A DNA stretch of 45,031 nucleotides. Origin: Chloroflexota bacterium. Its GTDB lineage: Bacteria; Chloroflexota; Limnocylindria; Limnocylindrales; CSP1-4. Under the pieces are notes generated by a model. The model was not told the origin of the DNA. It searched no databases and saw only the letters and a program-made list of their open reading frames with translations. Each line of letters begins with the position of its first letter. Within the stretch, counting starts at the first letter, position 1. The translations under genes and the position numbers were made by a program. Shown here piece after piece: positions 17,301 through 27,123 of the stretch. The DNA is taken from positions 1 to 45,031 of the forward strand of contig JANNHX010000021.1 of NCBI GenBank assembly GCA_031404615.1. The letters run 5' to 3'.

Positions 17301-20300
17301 CTACCGGGAGCCCAGCACGACGCGGCCGACCGGCGTCGCGACCAGCAGCGCCTCCATGGCCAGGTCCGGGAGCGGCCGCGCGAACCAGAAGCCCTGCCCC
17401 CGGTCGCAGGCCAGGTCGCGCAGGGACGCGAGCTGGGTCGCGGTCTCGATCCCCTCGGCCACCACGTCGATCCCCAGCCCGTGCGCAAGCGCGATCACCG
17501 CCTGGACGATCGGCCCGTCGGCGGGGTCGGCACCGCCCAGCCCGGACACGAAGGAGCGGTCGATCTTGATGGTGTCGAGCGGCAGCCGCCGCAGGTAGGC
17601 GAGCGACGAGTACCCCGTCCCGAAGTCGTCCAGCACGAGCTTCACGCCCAGCGCACGCAGGCCGCGCAGCCGCTCGATGCTCGCCTCGGACTGGTCCATG
17701 ACCACGCTCTCCGTGATCTCGAGCTCGAGGCAGCCGGGCGCGAGGCCCACGTGGTCCAGGATCCCGGCCACGTTGGCGATGAGCGACGACTCGGCGAACT
17801 GCCGCGCCGAGAGGTTGACGCTGACCGCCAGGTTGGCCGCGGCCGGCAGCCGGCGCTGCCAGTCGCGCAGCTGTTGGCAGGCGGTCTCGAGGACCCATCG
17901 CCCGATCGGCAGGATGAGGCCCGTCTCCTCGGCCAGCGGAATGAACGAGAGCGGCGGGATGAGGCCGCGCGTCGGGTGTTCCCAGCGCAGCAGGGCCTCC
18001 ATGCCCAGGACCTCGCCGGTGACCAGGCCGACCAGCGGCTGGTAGTGCAGCCGGAGCTCGGAACGCTCGACCGCCCGCCGCAGGTCGTGCTCGAGCGTGA
18101 CCCGGTCCAGCGTCTGGGCGTGCATCTCCGGATCGAACAGGATGACCTTGCGGATGGGGTCGGCCTTCGCCCGGTGGAGCGCGATCTCCGCCTGCTTGAG
18201 CAGGTCGAACGGATGCGCCAGGGTTGCCGAGCCGATGGCGATGCCCATGCTCGCGCCGACGCTGACCTCGTTGCCCTCGAGGTCGAAGGTGCCGGCGAGC
18301 GAGGCCTCGATCCGCGCCGCGACCCGCTCAGCCTCGCGGACGCTCCGCACGGGCCCGAGCAGGATTCCGAACTCGTCGGAGCCGAGACGCGCCACGGTAT
18401 CGGTGGACCGGGCGGCCGTGAGCAGGCGCTCGCCCACCTGAGTCAGGAGCAGGTCGCCGGCCCTGTGCCCCAGGCTCTCGTTGACGACCTTGAACCGGTC
18501 GAGGTCCAGCAGGATCAACGCGACGCGGCTCTGGGTCGCGCCCCGCCGACCCAGCTCACGGGCCGCGCCCTCCATCTGCTCGGCGAGGCAGTTGAGGAGC
18601 ATCGTCCGGTTGGGCAGCCCGGTGAGCGTGTCGTGCAGCGCGGCATGGGCCCGGCTCCGCACCTCGGTCTGGGCGCGCTCGAAGAGCCTGGCGTTGTCGA
18701 TGGCGATCGATGCGAGCTGCCCGAACCGCACGAGCGCCTCCACCTCACGCTCGGAGAATGGGCGGGTGGCGTCGCCCGACGAGAGGCCGATCAGCCCCAG
18801 CACCTCGTCGCCCGAGGTGAGCGGCACCGCGCAAATGGCGCCGAACAGGTCGGCCGGGAGGTCCGGCGCACGGGCCGGGTACTCGGCGTAGTCGTCGACC
18901 ACGACCGGCCTCCCGCTGCGCACGACGGCCCAGCCCATGCCCGTGCCGTGCGGGAGCCGATAGCCGTCGTAGCCCTCGAAGTTGCCTATGCCGACGCGGG
19001 CCACGAGGTCCAGCTCGCCGCTGCCGGCTCCTGGACCCTCGGGTCCCTCCAGCAGGTACAGGAACCCGTTCTTGACGCCGACGAGGCCCGCCGCGCGCTC
19101 GACGATCTCGGCGAGCAGCTCCCGGGGCTCCAGGCGATCGAGCAGCTTGAGCGTCGTCTGGTCGACGGCGGCGAGATAGAGGTCGCGCGTCGGATCGTCG
19201 GTGGGCTGGCGTGACCGGCTCGGTGGCTTGGCGAGGTACAGCGCCCGGTCGGCGTGGGCGACGAGCTCGTCCTTTCCCTGCGCGTCCTCCGGATAGTGCG
19301 CGATGCCGACGCTCACCGTCACCTGCGGCCCGAAGGTCCGGGTCAGCCGCGCGACCGCGGACCGGACCCGCTCCGCGACCTTGCGAGCGCCCGGGCCGTC
19401 CGCGCTGGGCAGGAGGATCGAGAACTCGTCGCCGCCGTACCGGTAGACGCGGTCCTCGTCGCGGAGCGACTCCCGCATCGCGTCTGCGATCCGGCGCAGG
19501 AGCGCGTCGCCGGCGGGGTGCCCGTGGGCGTCGTTGTAGCCCTTGAACGCGTCAAGGTCGAGCATGAGCAGGGCGAAGGCGACGCCGCCCTCGATGAGCT
19601 CGTCGAGCTGCTTCTGGAACGCGCCGTGGTTGCGCAGGCCGGTGAGGGCGTCGTGCTCGGCCAGGAGCACGACCGCACCGTGGGCCTCCGCGTTGCGCAG
19701 GGCGATGGAGGCCTGGCCCGCGAACAGCTGGACGAGCTCGAACTCGTCGCGCGAGAAGTGCGACTCCGCGCCGCCCATGCGCGCCATGTTGAGCGTGCCG
19801 ATCACCTCGCCGCCTCCGAGCAGCGGGCACACGATCATCGACTCCGACTCCTCGGGCGTGCCGGGGATCTGCACCGACCGTGGATCGAGGTGCGCGTCGT
19901 TGGCGAGCACGGCCTCCCCGTTGCGGATCGCCCAGCCGGTGATGCCAGCGTCCAGGGGGCTCTCGTGCGACAGGATCAGCTCCGCGAAGCGGTCGCGCGA
20001 GACCACGGCCCGCCGGACGCAGGCGCTCCGGTCCACCCGGTAGATCGTCAGCGAGTCGTAGGCCATCAGGGCCTTGAGGGAGTCCGCGATCATCTCCAGG
20101 ACGCCGCGCGGGTCCAGCGTGGACAGCAGCCGCTCGTTGACCTCGAGAAGCCGGCGCTGGCTCTCGAGCCGGTGGTGCAGCTCCTGCTGCTGGCGGCGCA
20201 CCTGACCGAACGCCTCCGCGTTGACGAGCGCCTGAGCGGCGTACCCTGCGAAGATCTCCAGGGTCCGCTGGTCGTCCTCGGTGTACTGGTCGTAGCCCGC

Positions 20301-21311
20301 CTTGGACAGGACGATGATGCCCAGGACGCGCGACTCGTAGGACATTGGGACCAGGAGCATCGACTCCGGCCCGCTGCTCTTGCCGATCTTGCGGCCGCGC
20401 GGGTCGGCCATCGCGTCACCGATGCGGATCGTCGTGTTGTGGAGCGCGACCCAGCCGGTCAGGCCCTCGCCGATCTGCAGTCGCAGGCTCTCCATCGACG
20501 GCGTGCCAATGCCCGTGAACTCGCCCTGGAACGCGATGGGGTCGCAGGTCTGGGTGACGTGGTCGACGCGGTAGACGCGGATCGTGTCGTGCCCGATGAG
20601 CTTGTCCGCCTCGGCGACGATCGCCTCACCGATGCCCTCCATCTCCTGGATGCGGTTGAGGCGCGCCGAGAGGTCCTGGATCGCCCGCAGGCGCGCGGCG
20701 CCCTCGCGGACCGAGTTGAACAGCCGGGCGTTCGCGACCGCGATCGCCATCTGGTTGGCGAAGGTGGTGCACAGGTCCAGCTCGTCGGGCGTCCAGTCGT
20801 ACGGCGTCCGGTGGTAGAGGACGAGCAGGCCCAGCGCCTCGTCGCAGACGACGAGTGGGACGAAGTTGACGACCCGGTAGCCCTCGCGGGCATTGATGTC
20901 GGCGAAGTCGTGCATGGTGTCCGGCCGGTCCAGGACGATGCTCCGGCGCTCGTTGACCGCGCGCAGGCCCAGTGTCGGATCGTCGCGGGTCGTCGCCTCG
21001 ACGGCCGCGATCATGTCGGCTGGCAGGTCCTGGTGGGCGGCGAGCTTGAGGGGATGGCGCCCGGGGGCCAGGAGCCACAGCGCCGCCGCGTCCGAGCCGA
21101 ACAGCGTTCGCGACGAGTCGAGGACGTCGCGGAAGACCTCGTCGAGCTCCAGGCTGGTGCTGATCTCGGCGACCACGCGACGCAGGGCGACGGCGCGCGC
21201 CGTCTCCGCGCCCATGACGCGCGAAGGCACCTCCAGGGGCGTGCGCTCCTGGCGGGAGGGGGTCGGCGCCCGAGAGCGCCGGGCCTTGCTGCTGTCGTGC
21301 GCGAGCGTCAT
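17301..21311 (-). CDS. Multidomain cyclic-di-GMP signalling protein: GAF x3, GGDEF, GAF, GGDEF, EAL
   Basis: 1336-aa ORF. First GGDEF domain has an intact RYGGDEF with RDED (RxxD) five residues upstream. Second GGDEF has LGSDEF with RSTD upstream. EAL domain has [43 protein letters not shown] and QGFWFARP. Four GAF-like segments precede or separate them. Confidence 0.9.
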   Translation of the reverse strand: MTLAHDSSKARRSRAPTPSRQERTPLEVPSRVMGAETARAVALRRVVAEISTSLELDEVFRDVLDSSRTLFGSDAAALWLLAPGRHPLKLAAHQDLPADMIAAVEATTRDDPTLGLRAVNERRSIVLDRPDTMHDFADINAREGYRVVNFVPLVVCDEALGLLVLYHRTPYDWTPDELDLCTTFANQMAIAVANARLFNSVREGAARLRAIQDLSARLNRIQEMEGIGEAIVAEADKLIGHDTIRVYRVDHVTQTCDPIAFQGEFTGIGTPSMESLRLQIGEGLTGWVALHNTTIRIGDAMADPRGRKIGKSSGPESMLLVPMSYESRVLGIIVLSKAGYDQYTEDDQRTLEIFAGYAAQALVNAEAFGQVRRQQQELHHRLESQRRLLEVNERLLSTLDPRGVLEMIADSLKALMAYDSLTIYRVDRSACVRRAVVSRDRFAELILSHESPLDAGITGWAIRNGEAVLANDAHLDPRSVQIPGTPEESESMIVCPLLGGGEVIGTLNMARMGGAESHFSRDEFELVQLFAGQASIALRNAEAHGAVVLLAEHDALTGLRNHGAFQKQLDELIEGGVAFALLMLDLDAFKGYNDAHGHPAGDALLRRIADAMRESLRDEDRVYRYGGDEFSILLPSADGPGARKVAERVRSAVARLTRTFGPQVTVSVGIAHYPEDAQGKDELVAHADRALYLAKPPSRSRQPTDDPTRDLYLAAVDQTTLKLLDRLEPRELLAEIVERAAGLVGVKNGFLYLLEGPEGPGAGSGELDLVARVGIGNFEGYDGYRLPHGTGMGWAVVRSGRPVVVDDYAEYPARAPDLPADLFGAICAVPLTSGDEVLGLIGLSSGDATRPFSEREVEALVRFGQLASIAIDNARLFERAQTEVRSRAHAALHDTLTGLPNRTMLLNCLAEQMEGAARELGRRGATQSRVALILLDLDRFKVVNESLGHRAGDLLLTQVGERLLTAARSTDTVARLGSDEFGILLGPVRSVREAERVAARIEASLAGTFDLEGNEVSVGASMGIAIGSATLAHPFDLLKQAEIALHRAKADPIRKVILFDPEMHAQTLDRVTLEHDLRRAVERSELRLHYQPLVGLVTGEVLGMEALLRWEHPTRGLIPPLSFIPLAEETGLILPIGRWVLETACQQLRDWQRRLPAAANLAVSVNLSARQFAESSLIANVAGILDHVGLAPGCLELEITESVVMDQSEASIERLRGLRALGVKLVLDDFGTGYSSLAYLRRLPLDTIKIDRSFVSGLGGADPADGPIVQAVIALAHGLGIDVVAEGIETATQLASLRDLACDRGQGFWFARPLPDLAMEALLVATPVGRVVLGSR

Positions 21312-21543
21312 GTCCGGTGCTTGGTACCCCCGATCACCGCGCGCGCGGGCTCGTCACGGGCCAGCGGGAGGTGTCAACTCGCACCGTAACGATTGGGAGG
21401 GGGCGGCACGATAGGACGGAGGTACCTCTCGTGCGGAGGACTGCGCCGCCGCCGCCTCAGCGATACCCCGGAATCGGGCGTCGAGCCGTGCTCACGGGTG
21501 AGGGCGGAACGCCGGCCGGACGCCGTGCCCCGATACTTGGACG

Positions 21544-22698
21544 ATGTCGACCCCGGACCCCCGGCTGACCGCCTTCCCCTACCGCCGGCAGAGGCTGGAT
21601 GGCTCGGCGTCCGATGCCCTGTCCGCGGTGGAGGCCGCGATCGGGGTGTACTCCGCGAACCCGAGCGGGCCGCTGTCGATCCTGGCGCGTGCCCCGTCCG
21701 CGACGGCCGCCGACGTGCTGGCGCTCGAGCGGCACGGTGGCATCGTGCGCGGGCGGGCGATGCGGACCTCGGCGTTCATGGTCCCGGGCGACACCGCGCC
21801 GACCGTCGCGGCCGCGACCGCGCAGCCGCTCGCGCGATTCGGATGGATGCTCAGGGCCGCGGGAGTCGCGCCCGAGGGGTTCGAGGCGGCCCGCGCGGCG
21901 GTCGTCGTGGCGGCGGCGGAGCCCCGAACGGCGCGCGAGCTGCGCGAGGCTTCGGGGATCGACGGGGTGGACGTCAGCCGGTTCGTGTCGTACCTCGCGC
22001 TCCGCGGCGACCTCGCGGTGCTGGGCGCGACGAGCGTGACCTCGAACGTGAACCGGTATATGGCGCGGTCCGCGATGCCGGTGGCCGGGCCCGCGATGCC
22101 GGTGGCCGGGTCCGGCGTCACGTCCTCGCCCGCGCGGTCCCGCACCGAGGCGCAGGCGTGGCTCGCGGGGGCCTACCTGCGGGCGTTCGGGCCGGCGCGC
22201 GTCGACGACCTCGCCTGGTGGGCCGGGTTCACGCGCGCCGAAGCGGCAGCGGCCATCGCCGGCAACTCGACGGCGGAGGTTGAGCCGGGCCTGCTCCTCC
22301 ATGTCGCGGACCTGCCGGCATACGCGGCCTGCCCGCCGCTCTCCGACGACCTCACCCTCGCGCCCAAGTGGGATGCGTGGACGATGGGCTACCCACTCGA
22401 CGGCCGTGCCCGCTTCGTCGACCGCGACGTCCACGACCGCCTGTTCGATGGTGACGGGAACGGGCTGGGCGCCGTGCTCGTCGCGGGCCGGGCGATCGGG
22501 GCCTGGGGGCATCGCGGGGTGAGCGGGCGGATGGAGGCGGACCTGGACCTGTTCGAGCGGCCCGCGACTGGGCTCCGCGATGCGATCGGGGCACGTCTCG
22601 GGTCCATCGCTGCCTTCCTCGGCTACCGCGAGCTCCGGGTCCGCGACGTCCCGACCGTCGTCCCGGATCGGCCGCGGGTCCGGCGGCCGCTCGCGTGA
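21544..22698 (+). CDS. Winged-helix DNA-binding protein of the YcaQ/AlkZ-like (DUF1006) family
   Basis: 384 aa. AAIGVYSANPSGPLSILAR..., ARELREASG..VSRFVSYLALRGDL, AQAWLAGAYLRAFGPARVDDLAWWAGF, PKWDAWTMGY resemble the YcaQ-type crosslink-repair glycosylase family (family recalled, not searched). Confidence 0.6.
   Translation: MSTPDPRLTAFPYRRQRLDGSASDALSAVEAAIGVYSANPSGPLSILARAPSATAADVLALERHGGIVRGRAMRTSAFMVPGDTAPTVAAATAQPLARFGWMLRAAGVAPEGFEAARAAVVVAAAEPRTARELREASGIDGVDVSRFVSYLALRGDLAVLGATSVTSNVNRYMARSAMPVAGPAMPVAGSGVTSSPARSRTEAQAWLAGAYLRAFGPARVDDLAWWAGFTRAEAAAAIAGNSTAEVEPGLLLHVADLPAYAACPPLSDDLTLAPKWDAWTMGYPLDGRARFVDRDVHDRLFDGDGNGLGAVLVAGRAIGAWGHRGVSGRMEADLDLFERPATGLRDAIGARLGSIAAFLGYRELRVRDVPTVVPDRPRVRRPLA
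22070..22111 (+). repeat. 21-bp in-frame tandem duplication
   Basis: ccgcgatgccggtggccgggc / ccgcgatgccggtggccgggt, encoding SAMPVAG-PAMPVAG. Confidence 0.9.
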
Positions 22699-22948
22699 GG
22701 CGGCCCGTCACCGCAAGACCGGCCCGTCCGGACCGTCCCGCGCATGCCCCGCCAGCCGTCACGTGACCCATCCGGCCCTCCTCCGGGCACGGCACGCGCG
22801 ACAGCATGGACGCCGCAGAGCCGGCCGGGGGAGCTGGTCCGCGTACCGGAGGGCGACTACCGGTCCTGGGCGGACATCGAAGCTTGGGCCCGGGAGATCG
22901 CGGCCGCCCTGGGGGCCGCTGGGCACGGCGCGGCCTGGCGACTACGGC

Positions 22949-23277
22949 ACCGGGAAGCTCGGGATTGTCCAGCTCGGACAGCCGGTCGTGGAGCTGCAAC
23001 CGCGCCCGGCCGGCATGCTCGACCTTCCGGGCCCACTGCGAGCCGACGCCCATCGGTGCAGGGACGAGCGTCGCGTCACCGCGCAGCGTCGGGTGGACAG
23101 GCGTGAAGTAGGCCGTGCCGCTGGTGCGACCGACGTGCTCCAGCGTCGCGATCTCCGCCTTCTCACTGCCCGGGACCCCGTGCGCCAATGTCAGGCGGCG
23201 TGGTGGGGGTAGCCCCACCCCAAACACGCCCGCTGCCCGGCTGGGATCGGCGCGCGGCCCGGCGCACAGTCTGGGCA
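22949..23277 (-). pseudogene. Probable remnant of a deazaflavin(F420)-dependent nitroreductase-family (DUF385-like) gene
   Basis: The segment IATLEHVGRTSGTAYFTPVHPTLRGDATLVPAPMGVGSQWARKVEHAGRARLQLHDRLSELDNPEL has high GC3 and resembles the core of that family (LeH.GR.SG...tPv...; dWvrNv.AaG.a.l). Flanking in-frame sequence is Arg/Pro-rich junk, and the frame has no stop until 22352, inside the neighbouring gene. Confidence 0.35.
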
Positions 23278-23345
23278 TCGAACCGATGCCCAGCGCGGGC
23301 CCCACGGCGGGCCGCGCGACGTGATCCCCGGGAGGGATGGATGCC

Positions 23346-24320
23346 ATGACCATACGACGCGGCACGCTCTACCTGGGCGTGTTCCTCCTCGCCGCGGGAG
23401 CGGTGACGCTCGGCGCCGCGACCGGAGCCCTCGACCGCACCGCCATCGCGAGCACGCTCGGGGCCCTGTGGCCGATCGCCGTCATCGCGATCGGGGTCGG
23501 CCTGGTGCTGCGCCGTTCACGGGCGGCGCTCGTCGCCGGGATCCTCGCCGCGGCCGTGCCGGGTCTCGCGCTCGGTGCCTCGGTGGCTGCCGTGCCCGAG
23601 CTCTCAGCCCCGTGCATGGACGGCCCCGCCCCGACCGCCCAGACCGCCCAGGCCGAGACGCGAGAGGGCACGTTCGGCAGCACGGCGGCCGTCGACCTGT
23701 CGCTGTCCTGCGGCGAGCTCACCGTGACCGCCCAGCCGGGGAGCGCCTGGCGCATCGACGCGCGTGACGGCGTCAACCGCCGGACGGACGTGACGGCCGA
23801 CGAGACGCGCCTGTCCGCTACCACGGACAGCTCCTCGGATCGATGGAGCCTCCGGGCCGGCAGCGCGGACTGGGACGTCGTCCTGCCGACCGGCACCACG
23901 CTGGATCTCACCACAGCGCTCAACGCCGGCCGCGGCCGGATGGACCTCGCCTGGACTCGACTCGGCATCGTGGACCTCGAGGTCAACGCCGGGGAGCTGC
24001 GGATGGACCTGGCGGGGGCGACGCTCGACCGCCTCGCCGTCGAGGTGAACGCGGGCTCGGTCGCCATCGGGCTCCCCGCCGACTCGTTCACCGGTGATCT
24101 ACAGACCAATGCCGGCTCGCTCGCCCTGTGCGCGCCGGACCAGCTGGCGCTCCGGGTGCGCTCGACCGCCGCCCTGGGCTCCATCGACGTCGACGGGCTC
24201 GTCAAGCGCGGCAGCGCCTGGGAGACGCCCGGCTACGACGCCGCCCCGTTCAAGGCCGACCTCGCGATCGCCGCCAGCGTCGGCAGTGTGACCATCAATC
24301 CCGAGGGAGGGTGCAAGTGA
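23346..24320 (+). CDS. LiaF-like/DUF4097-type membrane-anchored beta-helix protein (cell-envelope stress module)
   Basis: Two or three N-terminal TM segments, then repetitive strands (VDLEVNAGELRMDL, LAVEVNAGSVAIGL, GDLQTNAGSLALC) typical of DUF4097/LiaF C-terminal domains. GGAGGG lies 9 nt upstream of ATG 23346; the in-frame ATG at 23337 has no spacing. The stop overlaps the GTG of the PspC gene. Confidence 0.65.
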   Translation: MTIRRGTLYLGVFLLAAGAVTLGAATGALDRTAIASTLGALWPIAVIAIGVGLVLRRSRAALVAGILAAAVPGLALGASVAAVPELSAPCMDGPAPTAQTAQAETREGTFGSTAAVDLSLSCGELTVTAQPGSAWRIDARDGVNRRTDVTADETRLSATTDSSSDRWSLRAGSADWDVVLPTGTTLDLTTALNAGRGRMDLAWTRLGIVDLEVNAGELRMDLAGATLDRLAVEVNAGSVAIGLPADSFTGDLQTNAGSLALCAPDQLALRVRSTAALGSIDVDGLVKRGSAWETPGYDAAPFKADLAIAASVGSVTINPEGGCK

Positions 24321-25054
24321 ACCCGCGTCGTCTCACCCGCAGCCGCGACCGGCAGCTCGCCGGCGTCGCCGGCGGCATGGCCGAGTACCTGGACATCGAC
24401 CCGACGGTCATCCGGATCCTGTGGATCATCGTCATCCTCGCGTCCGGGGGCCTCGCCCTGCTGGCATACCTCATCCTCGCGCTCGTCATGCCGCAGGCGT
24501 CGTACGCCGCGGCGCCGGGCGGCTGGGCACCGACGGCCAGCGGCGCCGCCGCCGGCTCCACGGCCTGGGGCACGCCTCCGGCCGCACCCGCTCCGATCGG
24601 CGGCTGGGATGCCGGCGCCACTGCGCCGCCGCAGGTCCAGCCGCGCGCCGAGCGTCGCGGCATCGGCGCCGCCGCCATCGTGGGTGTCGTGCTGATCGTG
24701 TTCGGCGCCATCGCACTCGCGGACGCGGCGCTGCCCGGCTGGGTCGCCGGCGCCATCATGGGACCGGCGGTCATCCTCGCCCTTGGCGCGGCCCTCCTCG
24801 CGTCGTCGCTCCGGCGGCGCTCCGACGAGGCTGCACCGGCTGCGACACCCGCAGTCGCTCCGGCACCGGCTCCCGCTCCCGCCTGGGCTCCCACGCCGGC
24901 TCCCGCGTACACACCGGCCCCCACGCCGGACACGATGGCCACGGCGGCCCCGTGGGACGCGACGGACACGCAGTCGGTCGGCTCTGAGGACTTCGCACAG
25001 GCCCCCGGTGCCGTGTCGGACCAGGCCGCCGACGGTGGATCGCGTCCGGCCTGA
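24317..25054 (+). CDS. PspC-domain membrane protein
   Basis: LTRSRDRQLAGVAGGMAEYLDIDPTVIRILWIIVILASGGLALLAYLILALVMP is the PspC domain. Followed by Pro/Ala-rich low complexity and further TM segments. GTGA overlap with the upstream gene. Confidence 0.8.
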   Translation: MNPRRLTRSRDRQLAGVAGGMAEYLDIDPTVIRILWIIVILASGGLALLAYLILALVMPQASYAAAPGGWAPTASGAAAGSTAWGTPPAAPAPIGGWDAGATAPPQVQPRAERRGIGAAAIVGVVLIVFGAIALADAALPGWVAGAIMGPAVILALGAALLASSLRRRSDEAAPAATPAVAPAPAPAPAWAPTPAPAYTPAPTPDTMATAAPWDATDTQSVGSEDFAQAPGAVSDQAADGGSRPA

Positions 25055-25100
25055 TCACCCCCGCCACCCGTGCAATCGCGCTCTTCGGCTCCTCGGTCGC

Positions 25101-25126
25101 CGGCTCCCCGCCGGGCCGGGGAGCCG
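25101..25126 (+). terminator. Stem-loop downstream of the PspC gene
   Basis: Perfect 10-bp stem CGGCTCCCCG / CGGGGAGCCG with a 6-nt loop, 47 nt after the stop, followed by CTTC. Confidence 0.45.
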
Positions 25127-25218
25127 CTTCATGCCCGGGGTCGGTCCCCCCGCGCACAGCTGGCTGCGCCAGGGGCGCCCACCGCGAGGCCACCTTGTCT
25201 CGGGGTGATCGCACCCAC

Positions 25219-25338
25219 CTACGCCTGGACATGGTGCAAGACACCGTCGCTGAGCCAACACGTCTCACCTACGCGCCCGGGTGGTCGGTGATGGGAATTC
25301 GGCCGGTCCGCCGTGTCGACCACCATGTCCAGGCGTAG
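25219..25338. repeat. Perfect 18-bp inverted repeat flanking an 84-nt spacer in a non-coding region
   Basis: ctacgcctggacatggtg (25219-25236) and caccatgtccaggcgtag (25321-25338). Confidence 0.85.
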
Positions 25339-25539
25339 ACGAGGCTCGACGTCCTGCCCGTGGCGGCCCACGATGTGACCGACCGCCCGGCGGGACGCTC
25401 CGCCGGCGACAGTGTCGAGGGTCCGACGTCCCGCTCGCTGCCGCCCCGCGCTGCGAGCGCCCGTGACGGCAGACCGACCGTCGGGCCGCCCCTCACGGCG
25501 GACCGCCCAACAGCCGCGTCACTGACCGCCAACCCCTCG

Positions 25540-25569
25540 TTGACGCGATCCGCGGAAGGGGTCTAGACT
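25540..25569 (+). promoter_or_regulatory. Candidate promoter of the Rrf2-suf operon
   Basis: TTGACG (25540-25545), an 18-nt spacer, then TAGACT (25564-25569), in the only AT-richer patch of a roughly 690-nt intergenic region. Confidence 0.35.
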
Positions 25570-25744
25570 CAATCCCTAGGAAACAGGTCGGAATTCCCCG
25601 GCGGCCTCTGAGGCCGTACGGCGACCCCTCGGGGAACTCCGGACCGCCTCCGAACCGCTCATCCGCGAGGACCAGACCCTGACGCAACGCGCGAGCTTCC
25701 ACGGATCCGGCGCCGTCGCCTTCTCCACGAAGGGCGAGTACGGC

Positions 25745-26233
25745 GTGCGCCTGATGGTGCAGCTCGGGCGTCGCTACGGGGAAGGACCAGCCAGCCTGGC
25801 GGAGATCGCCCTCGACGAGGACCTGCCGCGCGCCTACCTGGAGCAGCTCGTGACGAGCCTCCGGGATGCGGGGCTGGTCACCTCCACCCGTGGCGCCCGC
25901 GGCGGCTACGAGCTCGTCGCACACCCCGCCCAGATCCGGATGAGCGACGTCCTCCGCGCCCTGGAGGGCCCCATCGCGCCGATGATCTGCGCCTCGGACG
26001 ACCCGGACCACGCCAACTGCTGCGACCGCTCAACGCAGTGCACGGTGAACGTGCTCTGGATCCGCGTCCGGGATGCCATCACCGGCACGCTCGAAGGCAT
26101 GACCCTCGCGGACCTCGTCCCGGTCCGCCACATCACCCTCGACCCGCGTGCGCCGGCCTCGTCCCGGGCCGGCGCCGCGGCCGGGGACCTCGACCCTGCG
26201 CCAAGCGCAACGCTCACAGGAGCCACTTCGTGA
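25745..26233 (+). CDS. Rrf2-family transcriptional regulator (IscR/SufR-like role inferred from context)
   Basis: wHTH (SLAEIALDEDLPRAYLEQLVTSLRDAGLVTSTRGARGGYEL) and a Cys cluster (CASDDPDHANCCDRSTQC). The Rrf2-like sequence FSTKGEYG continues in frame upstream of GTG 25745, so the true start is probably earlier (see finding). Confidence 0.8.
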   Translation: MRLMVQLGRRYGEGPASLAEIALDEDLPRAYLEQLVTSLRDAGLVTSTRGARGGYELVAHPAQIRMSDVLRALEGPIAPMICASDDPDHANCCDRSTQCTVNVLWIRVRDAITGTLEGMTLADLVPVRHITLDPRAPASSRAGAAAGDLDPAPSATLTGATS

Positions 26234-27111
26234 CCGACGCCAACGACCGGGAGCTGATCATCCGCGACCTGCGCGTCGCGCCGGCCGCAAAGCCTGAGCT
26301 CGAGATCCTCAAGGGGATCAACCTCACGATCCGCAAGGGCGAGGTCCACGCGATCATGGGCCCCAACGGGTCCGGCAAGACGACGCTCGCCTATGCGCTG
26401 GCGGGCCACCCGGCCTACAGGATCCTCGGCGGCGAGGTCACCTGGAAGGGCTACGACCTGCTCAAGCTTTCGGCCGACAAGCGGGCGCGCCTGGGCCTGT
26501 TTCTGGCGTTCCAGTACCCGACCGCGGTCCCCGGCCTGTCGGTCGCCTCGTTCGTGCGCTCGGCGCTCAACGCGAAGCTCCAGGGCATCGACAAGAACCC
26601 CGACATCGACCCCACGGACGCCATCAAGGGCGGCGTGTCAATGCTCGACTTCCGCAAGCGGATGCGCGCCAAGATGGCGCTGCTCAAGATGGACGACGGG
26701 TTCGCGGCCCGCTACGTCAACGACGGCTTCTCGGGCGGCGAGAAGAAGCGCCTCGAGATGCTCCAGATGGCGATGCTGGAGCCGGAGTTCGCGATCCTCG
26801 ACGAGACGGACTCGGGCCTCGACATCGACGCGCTGCGCATCGTGGCCGAGGGCGTCAACGCCCAGCTCAACCCGGACATGGGCGTCCTGCTGATCACGCA
26901 CTACCAGCGGCTGCTCAACTACATCACGCCGGACGTGGTCCACGTCCTCGCCGAGGGGCGCATCGTGACCTCGGGCGGCAAGGACCTCGCACTGCGCCTC
27001 GAGGACGAGGGCTACGGCCCGATCCTCCGCGAGAACGGCCTCGACATCGGCGTCCCCGACGAGGCCCTCGTGCTGCCCAAGGAGCCCGAGACGGCCACCG
27101 CCGGCCGGTAG
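26230..27111 (+). CDS. sufC: Fe-S cluster assembly ATPase SufC
   Basis: Walker A GPNGSGKTT, FLAFQYP, ABC signature FSGGEKKR, Walker B AILDETDSGLD, H-loop ITHY. GTG overlaps the Rrf2 stop (GTGA). Confidence 0.9.
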   Translation: MTDANDRELIIRDLRVAPAAKPELEILKGINLTIRKGEVHAIMGPNGSGKTTLAYALAGHPAYRILGGEVTWKGYDLLKLSADKRARLGLFLAFQYPTAVPGLSVASFVRSALNAKLQGIDKNPDIDPTDAIKGGVSMLDFRKRMRAKMALLKMDDGFAARYVNDGFSGGEKKRLEMLQMAMLEPEFAILDETDSGLDIDALRIVAEGVNAQLNPDMGVLLITHYQRLLNYITPDVVHVLAEGRIVTSGGKDLALRLEDEGYGPILRENGLDIGVPDEALVLPKEPETATAGR

Positions 27112-27123
27112 GAGCGAACGACA

